From assembly GCA_016933055.1 (NCBI GenBank), contig JAFGBS010000023.1:1-16819 (forward strand): 16,819 bases of DNA. The letters run 5' to 3'. Source of the DNA: Promethearchaeota archaeon (GTDB lineage Archaea; Asgardarchaeota; Lokiarchaeia; Sigyniarchaeales; Promethearchaeaceae). Made by a program: the position numbers and the translations under genes. Positions 1 to 9,200 of this stretch are shown piece after piece; position 1 is the first letter of the stretch, and every line of letters starts with the position of its first letter. Under the pieces are notes generated by a model, which was not told the DNA's origin, ran no database searches, and worked only from the letters and a program-made list of their open reading frames with translations.

Positions 1-256
1 CTTCTGCAAACAATCAGCAGATATTGACAAGTTGAAGCAATTATTCTTACAAGATAAGATAGAACAAATTAAATCCAAGAAATTTCTTGAAGATTACCTA
101 TCACTAAACGTATATTTCGCATTTAAAATTCAATTAATACATTTGGGCGTTCTTCAGAACCGAAAATTCCAAGATGATAGGAAATCGGGAGGATTTTCAG
201 GAAAGTACGAGAATTATGATTTTGATAATGATATTTGGGTTATGAATAAGGTATAA
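1..256 (+). CDS. Hypothetical protein, 3' part; 5' end lies outside the window
   Basis: The frame of the listed ORF 32..256 is open back to position 2 (FCKQSADIDK-LKQLF...), so the TTG at 32 is probably not the start. No recognisable motif. Confidence 0.55.
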   Translation, partial: FCKQSADIDKLKQLFLQDKIEQIKSKKFLEDYLSLNVYFAFKIQLIHLGVLQNRKFQDDRKSGGFSGKYENYDFDNDIWVMNKV

Positions 257-280
257 AAACCAAATTGGAATGAAAAATTC

Positions 281-1135
281 TTAGTAATAACATCCATAAG
301 CTTTATTCATACTCAGAATTTCTCTAACGATATTTTTATGAGCTTTAAAAGGATTGTTTACAGTTCGTTCACTGGTAGGTAATGGATTAAAAGGTAAATT
401 TTCTTTCATAGAAATTTCATTATAAGCGAAATTCAGTAAATATTCAAGATTTAGGACATCTTCAGCATTATAAGCAAGTAAAGTTTCAAGATATCTCTCA
501 TCTCTTGTTTTCCTATATTGATTCCACAGCAATACGGCATGATAACCATCAAGCTTACTCAAAATACCTCTTGAAAATCGAAATTGTTTCTCAATCGCTT
601 TTAATCCACCACTAAAACCAATTTTTTTTAGAAGAAAACAGACATCGAAATGTATTTGGGGCATCTCTATTCCCAAGTAGTTCCTAATGAAAGGGATATC
701 GAAACATTTACCATAGAAAGTGGCAATTGTAGGAAATTGTCCGATAAATCTCCTAAATTTTCTTAAATTTATTCCATCAACAAATGTATTAACTGTTTTT
801 CCATCAAATACTGCAATAGTGGTAATTTGAGAATTATTATAGGACAATCCGGTAGTTTCAATATCCAAGTATGCAATTCTGCCTTGGTAGTTTGGGATAG
901 CTCTCCATGTTAAATCTTTCGGGATTGTTTCATTAAGAGTTCTATAATCATTTCTTCTTAGTAACTTCTTATATTCATAGATATTTTCTCGTATTATCCG
1001 CCAAAGATTGTTTGATATCCCATTAGGACAATTTTTCATTTCAATGTCATCCCAAGATCTGATACCTAAATCCCAAAGAGATTTCTCTGTTTTTTCTCCG
1101 ATACCTCTTATAATTCGAAAGCTATTTTCAAGCAT
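281..1135 (-). CDS. RNase H-like DEDDy 3'-5' exonuclease (YprB/RNase_H_2-like) with N-terminal helix-hairpin-helix
   Basis: ExoI YLDIETTG, ExoII FYGKCFDIPF, ExoIII YNAEDV; N-terminal IRGIGEKTEKSLWDLGI HhH motif. The ATG (1133-1135) directly follows the helicase TAA (1136-1138). Confidence 0.88.
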   Translation of the reverse strand: MLENSFRIIRGIGEKTEKSLWDLGIRSWDDIEMKNCPNGISNNLWRIIRENIYEYKKLLRRNDYRTLNETIPKDLTWRAIPNYQGRIAYLDIETTGLSYNNSQITTIAVFDGKTVNTFVDGINLRKFRRFIGQFPTIATFYGKCFDIPFIRNYLGIEMPQIHFDVCFLLKKIGFSGGLKAIEKQFRFSRGILSKLDGYHAVLLWNQYRKTRDERYLETLLAYNAEDVLNLEYLLNFAYNEISMKENLPFNPLPTSERTVNNPFKAHKNIVREILSMNKAYGCYY

Positions 1136-3193
1136 TTAGAATTCATCCTCCACTTCCACTTCTTCATAAACTCCCGAATCGCAAATTTCTGTAAGGAAAC
1201 GAGATGGACCTTCGATTATATCACTCCTTCCATAATTATACGTGGGAAAAAACTGAGGATAGGTTAGAATTAAATGATCTTTTGCTCGAGTACAAGCGAC
1301 ATAAAAAAGTCTTCTTTCTTCCTCAATCTCGTCGGGATCTCCTATACTTTTCGAGATTGGCATTTGTCTCTCCACAAGAGTCATCACAAATACAATTTTC
1401 CATTCTAAACCTTTTGCTTGATGGATGGTGGACAATACTAATGGTTTTTCTTCATCTAGTTCGTTTCCAGCATTAATTGTTTGTCCTTCCAAATCATATT
1501 GAGTCAAAATATCTGCAAGAAAAGAATTCAAATTGCTATATGGTCTAATGAGATTTGTCATTTCTCTCAATTCCATTATTCTTTCTTCGGGGTTCTTATT
1601 TACATAATTTTGTTTTATTAATGGTTCTAAATAGTGGATGTTTTTTTCTGCAAGAAATTCCAAAGGTGGTAATTTATCAATTAGAAGAAATTTATAGGAA
1701 GAATTTGAATCCACTTCAAATATTGTATCTCGAAATAACTCTTGTAAATTTTTCAGATGGTCAATACCTTTTTTCATTACCCTTTTTCCTTTCAATACTT
1801 CTTCATAGTCGGTATTAACAAATTGCTCTAATTGATTGATATTATTTTCGAACCCTTCGATTACCTTTTGAGCACTCACTGGACTTAAACCTTCATGTAG
1901 AGAAATTAAACGCATCCATTGAATGATATCAGCGGGATTTGTGATCAAGATCAACGTTGAAAGAAAATCCTTTATATGACCTTTTTCAAAAAAACGGATT
2001 CCAGCACGAACTTCATAAGGAATATTGTGTCGATTAAGTTCTAATTCTAAAACTGAAGAATGAAAACCAGCACGGAATAACACAGCTTGTTCATGTAGAG
2101 GAATCCCTTCATCTCTAAATCGGAGTATTTCAGAACAAATTGCCGCGGCTTCTTGTTCTCGATCTCGGCAGGAAACGAGTGCAGGTAATTCCCCCCTTTC
2201 ACGAGACGTGAATAATGTCTTCTTAAATTGTTTCTTATTATGGTGTATACTTGCATTTGATAGCTTCAATATTTCAGGGGTGCTCCGATAATTTTCCTCT
2301 AATTTATATTCAGAATAATCAGGATATTTTTTGGGAAATTCTAACATATGAGTAAAATCGGCGCCTCGAAAACGATAGATTGCTTGCGCATCGTCTCCAA
2401 CAACTGTTAAGGATTTAGCTTCAGAAGCGAGTAAATCAATTATTTTTGATTGCACGGAATTTACATCTTGGTACTCATCTACGAGAACATGAGTAATTTT
2501 TTTCTTGTATGAATTTGATGCTGGTTCTTGAAGAAAAGCAAGGAAAAACAGTAATAAATCATCATAATCCAAAGTGTTATTCTGACGTTTCAAACCCTCA
2601 TATTCGTCAAAAATTGCCTTAATCACAGACAATTCTTCTAAATATTGGGGATAAAAGTTTTCTAATGCATCTTTGAGTTTCATTGCCCAATTGATTCTTC
2701 GGGAGTATAAATCTACAAGTTGAGAACTATTTGGGTATCTTTTTTCTTTCTTTTGTTCTTTTGAAACCTTTCTATTAAGTGCAATTTTCATTAATTGTAT
2801 TCGGTCGGATTCATCAAGTATGGAGAAATTATTTTTCAATTCAACTACTTTCGCGTATTTATGGAGAACCACATTAGCAAGATGGTGAAATGTGCCAGCT
2901 TGAATTCCCTTGATTTTAGTTCCAGATAATTTTTCCACACGTTCTATCATTTCTCGGGCAGCTTTTTTGGTAAATGTAACAAGGATAATCGATTCAGCAG
3001 GAACACCATTGTCAACTAGATAAGCAACCCGATACGTAAGAGCTCGAGTTTTTCCAGAACCAGCCCCCGCAATAATTAAAGCAGGACCTTTACCGTGTGT
3101 AACAGCCTTATACTGGCCTTCATTCAACTCTTTTCTATATCTTTCTTCCAGTTCAGATGATATAGGTTTCTTTATTAGGATCTTTCGTGTCAT
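1136..3193 (-). CDS. uvrD: UvrD/PcrA/Rep family SF1A ATP-dependent DNA helicase
   Basis: Canonical motifs present: AGAGSGKT (I), TFTKKAAREM (Ia), GTFH (Ib), LVDEYQD (II), VGDDAQAIYRFRGA (III), LEENYRS (IV), STIHQAKGLEW (V), EERRLFYVACTRAK (VI). SD-like GAGGAG upstream. Family call is firm; the exact orthologue (uvrD vs pcrA) is not resolved. Confidence 0.93.
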   Translation of the reverse strand: MTRKILIKKPISSELEERYRKELNEGQYKAVTHGKGPALIIAGAGSGKTRALTYRVAYLVDNGVPAESIILVTFTKKAAREMIERVEKLSGTKIKGIQAGTFHHLANVVLHKYAKVVELKNNFSILDESDRIQLMKIALNRKVSKEQKKEKRYPNSSQLVDLYSRRINWAMKLKDALENFYPQYLEELSVIKAIFDEYEGLKRQNNTLDYDDLLLFFLAFLQEPASNSYKKKITHVLVDEYQDVNSVQSKIIDLLASEAKSLTVVGDDAQAIYRFRGADFTHMLEFPKKYPDYSEYKLEENYRSTPEILKLSNASIHHNKKQFKKTLFTSRERGELPALVSCRDREQEAAAICSEILRFRDEGIPLHEQAVLFRAGFHSSVLELELNRHNIPYEVRAGIRFFEKGHIKDFLSTLILITNPADIIQWMRLISLHEGLSPVSAQKVIEGFENNINQLEQFVNTDYEEVLKGKRVMKKGIDHLKNLQELFRDTIFEVDSNSSYKFLLIDKLPPLEFLAEKNIHYLEPLIKQNYVNKNPEERIMELREMTNLIRPYSNLNSFLADILTQYDLEGQTINAGNELDEEKPLVLSTIHQAKGLEWKIVFVMTLVERQMPISKSIGDPDEIEEERRLFYVACTRAKDHLILTYPQFFPTYNYGRSDIIEGPSRFLTEICDSGVYEEVEVEDEF

Positions 3194-3199
3194 TTATAT

Positions 3200-3210
3200 G
3201 CTCTCCTCTT
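3200..3210 (-). promoter_or_regulatory. Shine-Dalgarno-like site of the helicase gene
   Basis: Minus strand reads AAGAGGAGAGC-ATATAA-ATG. Confidence 0.6.
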
Positions 3211-3519
3211 TTTTCAGCATGAAAGACACATAGCTATTGAAAGATTTTTTAATGTCTTGATTAATCCACTTGTTAAAAGACCACAAGTAACACTTGATTT
3301 TACTCACATACCTTAGATTTTCGTGTCCCTTCTTAATTACCTATAGCGTTCTTTTTCCTAATAAATTGACTTCGTTGAATATTCCCACACAAAAAGATTA
3401 TGAATATCCACCAAAATAATTTCTATTCACTTAACAAACTTAATAATCATGTAGCGATGTAAAAAAACTAGTGTAATATTGCAATTTTGTTCAGGTCAAA
3501 ATTCAAATTAAGTTGGTAA

Positions 3520-3755
3520 ATTTCGGATTGGGAAATATACAAAGAGACTTATAAAATCTATCAAGATTCCGTTGTAATTAAACAAGTATTTTGGAGCAAT
3601 CAATCTGGAATATCAGCAGATATGCAATAATATACTCACAGCAAATTAACTTGAAAGATGGGAGAATAATTACTTATACGACTTTAAGTCTTTTAATTCT
3701 ATCTGCTTTGGGTATATCTGCATTTCTTATTATCAAAAAGAGTAGAACAAATTAG
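3520..3755 (+). pseudogene. Frameshifted 3' remnant of a membrane-anchored protein gene
   Basis: Frame 1 (3520-3621) reads ISDWEIYKETYKIYQDSVVIKQVFWSNQSGISAD. Frame 3 from 3621 reads YAIIYSQQINLKDGRIITYTTLSLLILSALGISAFLIIKKSRTN* (stop 3753-3755), a hydrophobic helix plus basic tail. One extra T at gca-gat-[t]at would join them. No start codon found. Confidence 0.4.
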
Positions 3756-3785
3756 AAAACAATATTTCCAAGTAAAAATATCTTT

Positions 3786-4967
3786 TTATTGGTTTTTTCT
3801 CTTGTATTTCAATCCTATACTTGTAATAACTAAAATCAACACGGTTATTAGATTCCAAGCATTAAATCCCGGTATCTGTTTAGGATGCTCATTGAAAATC
3901 AATCTTGAGTAAAGATAAGGATAATATTCTACATATGAAAATGATGAATCGTCATCATGATCTCGTATTTTCGATTGTATAATTTCTGCATCTGTCGTTC
4001 CCCACCAATTCTTTGCCGCATTTATTATAATTGATGGATATTCATATGTGCATTCAATATTATATTGTGTATTATTGAAGATGTTGTTATGTTGAATTTT
4101 AAACGAGTTATCATAGTTATACCATTCTAATAAGTAATCTAAAAATATTCCATTAACACCATTGTGATGGATTTCGTTGTGGAATATATTTATCTGGCTA
4201 TACATATCATATAAACTACGAAAATTAATGCCATTTTTTGAATTATTAAAAATTTGATTGTTAGTGAAATTCCAATTGCTTCTAGATTTTCCCTCCCAAA
4301 AATATATTCCATCTTCTGAATTTTCATATACTTGATTATGTTCAAATAACAATGTTAGGTACGAAAAACCAAATCGGTAAAAGTTTATTCCATAATCATT
4401 AAAACGAAAAGTGTTGTTTGAAAAAATAACAGTAATATCACTGGATTCCCAAAAATTCACATAAATACCATTTGTGTTATATTCAAACACACAATTACTT
4501 ACATTAACTAAGTCATTATTAAGAAGAACACCATTCTCTCCATAAGAAAATTCAACATATTCTAATTCGGATTTTTGACTTAAATTATTGGATTGAAAAT
4601 TTATTGCTTCCCAATCCCCTTTTTCAGGATTGCTGAAATCTGATGTGAATATAATTGGATTATCAAATGTTCCAATTGCATGCAATTCTCCTTTTACGTT
4701 TACCGAATAATCTCCTGTAAATAACACTTGAACTCCAGAATCAATGGTTAGTCTTATATTAGGTTCAACGGTCAAATCACTTGCTACATAATAAGGAGAA
4801 TTAGAAATATCCCATGTTGTACTTGATGATATAGAACCTCCTACATAACACCCAACATTGGATGAAGATTCTGCTAAATGAGATTTTGTGCTAAATAAGG
4901 GTATTATTAATAATAATACCAAAAAACTCAAAATGGGTGCAGAGATTTTTTTTTTGTAAGTTATCAT
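3786..4967 (-). CDS. Secreted right-handed parallel beta-helix protein with C-terminal IPGF-TM-basic (Loki-CTERM-like) anchor
   Basis: N-terminal signal peptide (KKK + hydrophobic stretch); TTWDISNSPYYVASDLTV...GELHAIGTFDNPIIFTS N-cap; repeated N-x-I/F-x-x-N-x-x-x-G-I-x-F turns; NWWG C-cap; ends IPGFNAWNLITVLILVITSIGLKYKRKNQ. Confidence 0.82.
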   Translation of the reverse strand: MITYKKKISAPILSFLVLLLIIPLFSTKSHLAESSSNVGCYVGGSISSSTTWDISNSPYYVASDLTVEPNIRLTIDSGVQVLFTGDYSVNVKGELHAIGTFDNPIIFTSDFSNPEKGDWEAINFQSNNLSQKSELEYVEFSYGENGVLLNNDLVNVSNCVFEYNTNGIYVNFWESSDITVIFSNNTFRFNDYGINFYRFGFSYLTLLFEHNQVYENSEDGIYFWEGKSRSNWNFTNNQIFNNSKNGINFRSLYDMYSQINIFHNEIHHNGVNGIFLDYLLEWYNYDNSFKIQHNNIFNNTQYNIECTYEYPSIIINAAKNWWGTTDAEIIQSKIRDHDDDSSFSYVEYYPYLYSRLIFNEHPKQIPGFNAWNLITVLILVITSIGLKYKRKNQ

Positions 4968-5133
4968 CTCGTTTCTATCTCCTCCAAGTTAATAATTCAA
5001 ATTAAACCTAAAGAGATTCTGAAAAATTTAGTTAATTTAATACCCGTTCAGATGTAGAATAGGTCGGTCCTCTGTACGGGTAGGTGGCACGATTAACTAC
5101 CCAAAAGCCGAATGTGAAAAATAAGGCATATTC

Positions 5134-5460
5134 ATGAATCTACATTCAAGTATCACGGATAGGCAAATTGACAGAAGTTCGTACTATATACCCCCTATTC
5201 ACCTAACGTAACATTTTTGGGTATCACGGGATAAATTTTTACCAATTAAATCAGGATTTCGCGAATATTTCTCTAGTGGAAATTCTGTTTACATATCGTA
5301 TGCTGAAGATGGAATTTATAAAAATTATCGATTTAGTAAAAGCAGCAAAATCCATATAAAAGAAGATGAGATATTAGATTTAAAGGAAGGATACTATCGG
5401 ATAAAATTCAAGAAAACCAAAGGAATCTACGTCGAAGTTCTAAGCATAGAACAATTCTAA
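5134..5460 (+). pseudogene. Interrupted small hypothetical ORF (108 codons with in-frame TAA at 5209-5211)
   Basis: ATG at 5134 gives MNLHSSITDRQIDRSSYYIPPIHLT, then TAA, then the same frame continues 82 codons (HFWVSRDKFLPIKSGFREY...GIYVEVLSIEQF*) with no ATG of its own. Confidence 0.4.
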
Positions 5461-5545
5461 ACTTACGTTCAAAATACAGAGAGAGTTAAAGGAGACAGAA
5501 AGAGTTGAAGAAAATATTTTCATTATGAATGGGATTTTTCAATTG

Positions 5546-6172
5546 TCATTTTTCATTCTTTAAAACCGCTTGGATAAAACTATTGATCTCAATAGCTACC
5601 CAATATTCATTTCCTTCAAAATAATGACCCCTTTTTTCAAAAATAGAATAATTCTCCGGAGGAAGATTTAATAATTGAATTGCGTTTAAGGTATTTTCGT
5701 ATTTTACGACGGGATCATTCTTATTTGCCATCATAAACACCCGAGCATTATTTGGTGTTGGTTTGACCTCGTCCCGTAAACAGATGCCCTCAGCTTTAAA
5801 ATAATTCACCGCGCTATATTTTTCCAGTTCCTTATCATCATTTGGGAATTTAAAACCGTTTGCCTTGTACAGAAGGTATTCCAATTTACTCATACTGTTC
5901 TTTGTGAAAAGTAAATCATACGCTCCCGACATCATAATGATTCCTCGCACATCGGGATGAGGATACGCAACAACTGCAGCTTTCGTAGCTCCAAGACTCA
6001 TTCCAACAACCATAATTTTGTTCCGATTGACATATGGTAGGGCTGCTACTGTATCAATAAAGTCTTTACAATCATCAATTTGACGAAAATCGCTCTTATC
6101 TCCTGGAGTCAATCCTTGACCGGTAGCATCATAAGTAAAATATATGTAGTGATTTTTTTGGACAATAGGGAG
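5546..6172 (-). pseudogene. Alpha/beta hydrolase (S9/S15-like fold), apparently N-terminally truncated
   Basis: Nucleophile GMSLG, acid NKNDPVV and His RGHYF are present. The frame extends upstream of the listed TTG (6112) as LPIVQKNHYIYFTYDATGQG, resembling the F-D-x-R-G-x-G strand, to a TGA at 6173-6175. No credible start and the first beta strands are missing. Confidence 0.65.
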
Positions 6173-6281
6173 TCATATCAACATTTTCGATGGTTGTAAG
6201 GTTTTTAGTGAGATAATTATCAGATAAGCAGAATTTCCATGCTTAACTATATGAAAAAAAAGGATTAGAAAAAAAATCGGG

Positions 6282-9200
6282 TTAGGTTGTTGAGCTTCCC
6301 ATAAAGAAAACGTCTTTTCCCACTGCTATAATATAAGTTGTATCTCCACAAGTAAAAACTAGCACTCTTATCCACCCGATTTCCCCATTCCCATAAATAA
6401 ATTGCAGATTTGCCAGCCCCCAAGTTCCTGTTATATCCCATTGTGCAACTACATCCTCGATTTCCATTTCAATTGTTGTATCTGTGATAGTCATCGTGGC
6501 ATCACCTATATACCGATCACCGTTCACAACTAACATTCCCCATCCAATATAGGTAATTCCGATTTCTTCCACAAATTCAACAAATGTACTCTGAATTAGT
6601 CCAGCATTTCCAGCTAAGTCCGTGCTGTAATATCTGATGACGTAATTGCCGTAGTCATACCCTGTTAAGTCAAATGCATCAACAAATACAACCCATTCAC
6701 TATTATTTATTGAATAGTATGAGTATAGAACTAAACTCTCATTATCCATTCCCACCACAATGAACATGGATTCATTCACTACAAAAATTGTACCATTTTC
6801 ATCTGTATATCCATCGGTGATAAAGAGTTCGGTGGTAGGTGGGGTGTAATCAATTGAAATAATAGTCGAAGTACTGAAAATCAGACCCGCGTTGTCGATT
6901 AGTCTGAGGAATAACTTGGTCTCCCCTTGTTCAGTGATCTCGAAATCACCTAAATAAGTATTCCAGTTCTCTCCATCGTAACCGTATTCAATAGTGCTAA
7001 TTCCAGAGGTTAAATCTATTCCCGATATGGATACGGTAACATTTGAGGTATACCAATTATTCTCACCAAGAGTTCCCATCAGTGTTAGTGATCCTTCTGG
7101 TAAACAAGTATCTATCTTGAAGGTTGTGGATTTGATAATTTCTACGTTTCCTGCAAAATCTACAGCTCTATAATAGATTGTATTGTAACCTTCAACGGTA
7201 ACTAACTTAGGGCTGTAATAATCTTGCCATGTGACTCCATCTGTGCTAAATTCGATTTTATATACTCCCGAATAATCATCTAATGAATCTATCGTGAAAT
7301 CCACTGCAGAGGTATACCATCCATTTTCTCCTATTACACCATCCAATGTTATAATACTTGTTGGACTTCGTTTATCGATTTTAATCTCTGATAATTGTGC
7401 TTCCTCAATATTTCCATATTCATCTGTGGATCGGTAATAGATTTGGGTAATTCCAGAGGTATCGAATGGAAATAGTTTAGAATATACAAACCATGTTATT
7501 CCATCGAAACTGTATTCGGTTAATTGTATATCAGATAGGATGTCTTTAGCAGACAAAGTAATATATACATCAGAAGTAAACCAGCTATTTGCTCCTTCTA
7601 TTCCTCTTATGGTCATTGTAGTTGATGGCGGTTCATAATCTGGCTGCAAAATTGAAAACATAGAAAAACTAGTGGTTTCACCATACACCAGGTTATTTAT
7701 AGTATCAACATAAGTCGTAATATCCACCCATTCTTCCAATTCGTCATCCCAATGCATTAATCTCAATTCACTCTCATCCACTTGAATCTCGTCTTCATCA
7801 TATTCAAGGCAAATTGTGATTGTTCCAGAAAACTCTGCTGTCGTACTTATTTCATAATATTCTCCAGCTAATCCAAAGCCATCTTCCGGATCTATACCAG
7901 TATTGCTAGAAACAACGGTAGTCGTACCTCCTTGAGAAATTTCATCGAAAGTTAAGTTCAAAGCATGGTAATCGTCATATATCTCAACTTCTAATCCTTC
8001 TGGGGTTTCAACTTCCACAATCAGCGAAACATCTATAAATCGAACTATGTTCATAGAATTCCAATGAAATCCTGTAAAGCTATTGTTGTAAGCCACGTAT
8101 GTCGTAGGAGTAAATAAATAAACACTTGGCATTAAATCCTCCACAATATACTGTTGAAAATCCAAGTATAGTTGTTTTCTTATAGTGTGGTTTGTTTCAA
8201 TTCGAGCTTGTGTTAGTAAACTATCAATGTATGAATCGTTTACTTGAAAGACATTTTGGGACCCTGTTGAGAGATATTGGCTATCAAAATTAGATGGATC
8301 ATTAAAATCCATGCCCCACCCATAAAAGAATAGTTCAAAATCATCACGGGAATAAGGCTCAATATCTTGAATTCTATTCAACCATACCTCATATTCAACT
8401 TCTTCGATAGTAATATTAATTCCGATTGATGCAAGGTTTTCTGTTAAAAGAGTGCCTAAAAGGATATTAAAAGAGGATATTCCCATGGTAGTGAAGTTAT
8501 ACTTCATAATTGGATTATTATTTGCTGCTAATATCCATTCATCATCAGAGTAAATGTTATAATTACAAATACCCGCATCTACAAGGATTTCTCTTGCTCT
8601 TGTGACGTTAAAAATTGCTGCATCAAAATTTGCATAAGAATATAATGAGGGAGATGGATAGGGTGATGTTAAACGGGAATAACTCTTTCCTCCACCAAGA
8701 ATTTCCATCATATGAGAATAATTAAATGCATATGAAATTGCTTGGCGCATTGTCTTGTTTATGAAATTGTTATTTATACCAATATAGTAAGCAATTTGTT
8801 GGACACTGGATAAAACTGTTGTATTGGCATCATTCTGATATTGTTCGATTTGAGATCCTCGCACATTCAAACAAAAATCTATTTCACTAGCAAAATATGC
8901 ATTTTCCATTTCATTTGCATCATTATATAGAATTCCTGTCAAAAGATCGATATTTGATAACCCAGAGTGGTAATGTTTGAACGCATGGAAATTTATCGTT
9001 GAACCATTAAATCCGTCATAAACAAAAGGACCAGTTCCATATATATCATCCTCTACACTCAATAATGAATGTTGTGGTGTAGAGTATGGGGATATAAGTG
9101 ATGTACTCATGGTGGTTAATAGTGATTCTAAAGGTACATATCTCCTGTTTAGGACAAATCTTATTGTTAATGGATTAATGACCTCAGTTCTGTTGATAAT

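Noticed and set aside
1204-2256. ORFs 1204..1476 (+), 1555..1818 (+) and 2047..2256 (-)
   Set aside because: All lie inside the well-supported UvrD gene (antisense or alternate frame) and have no motifs; shadow ORFs.
3194-3340. Approx 48-codon minus-strand frame ending TAA directly before the helicase ATG
   Set aside because: No convincing start or motif; the TAA may simply be part of the SD spacer.
5150-5229. GTATCACGG direct repeat (5150 and 5221)
   Set aside because: Two 9-bp copies only, with no array or associated feature.
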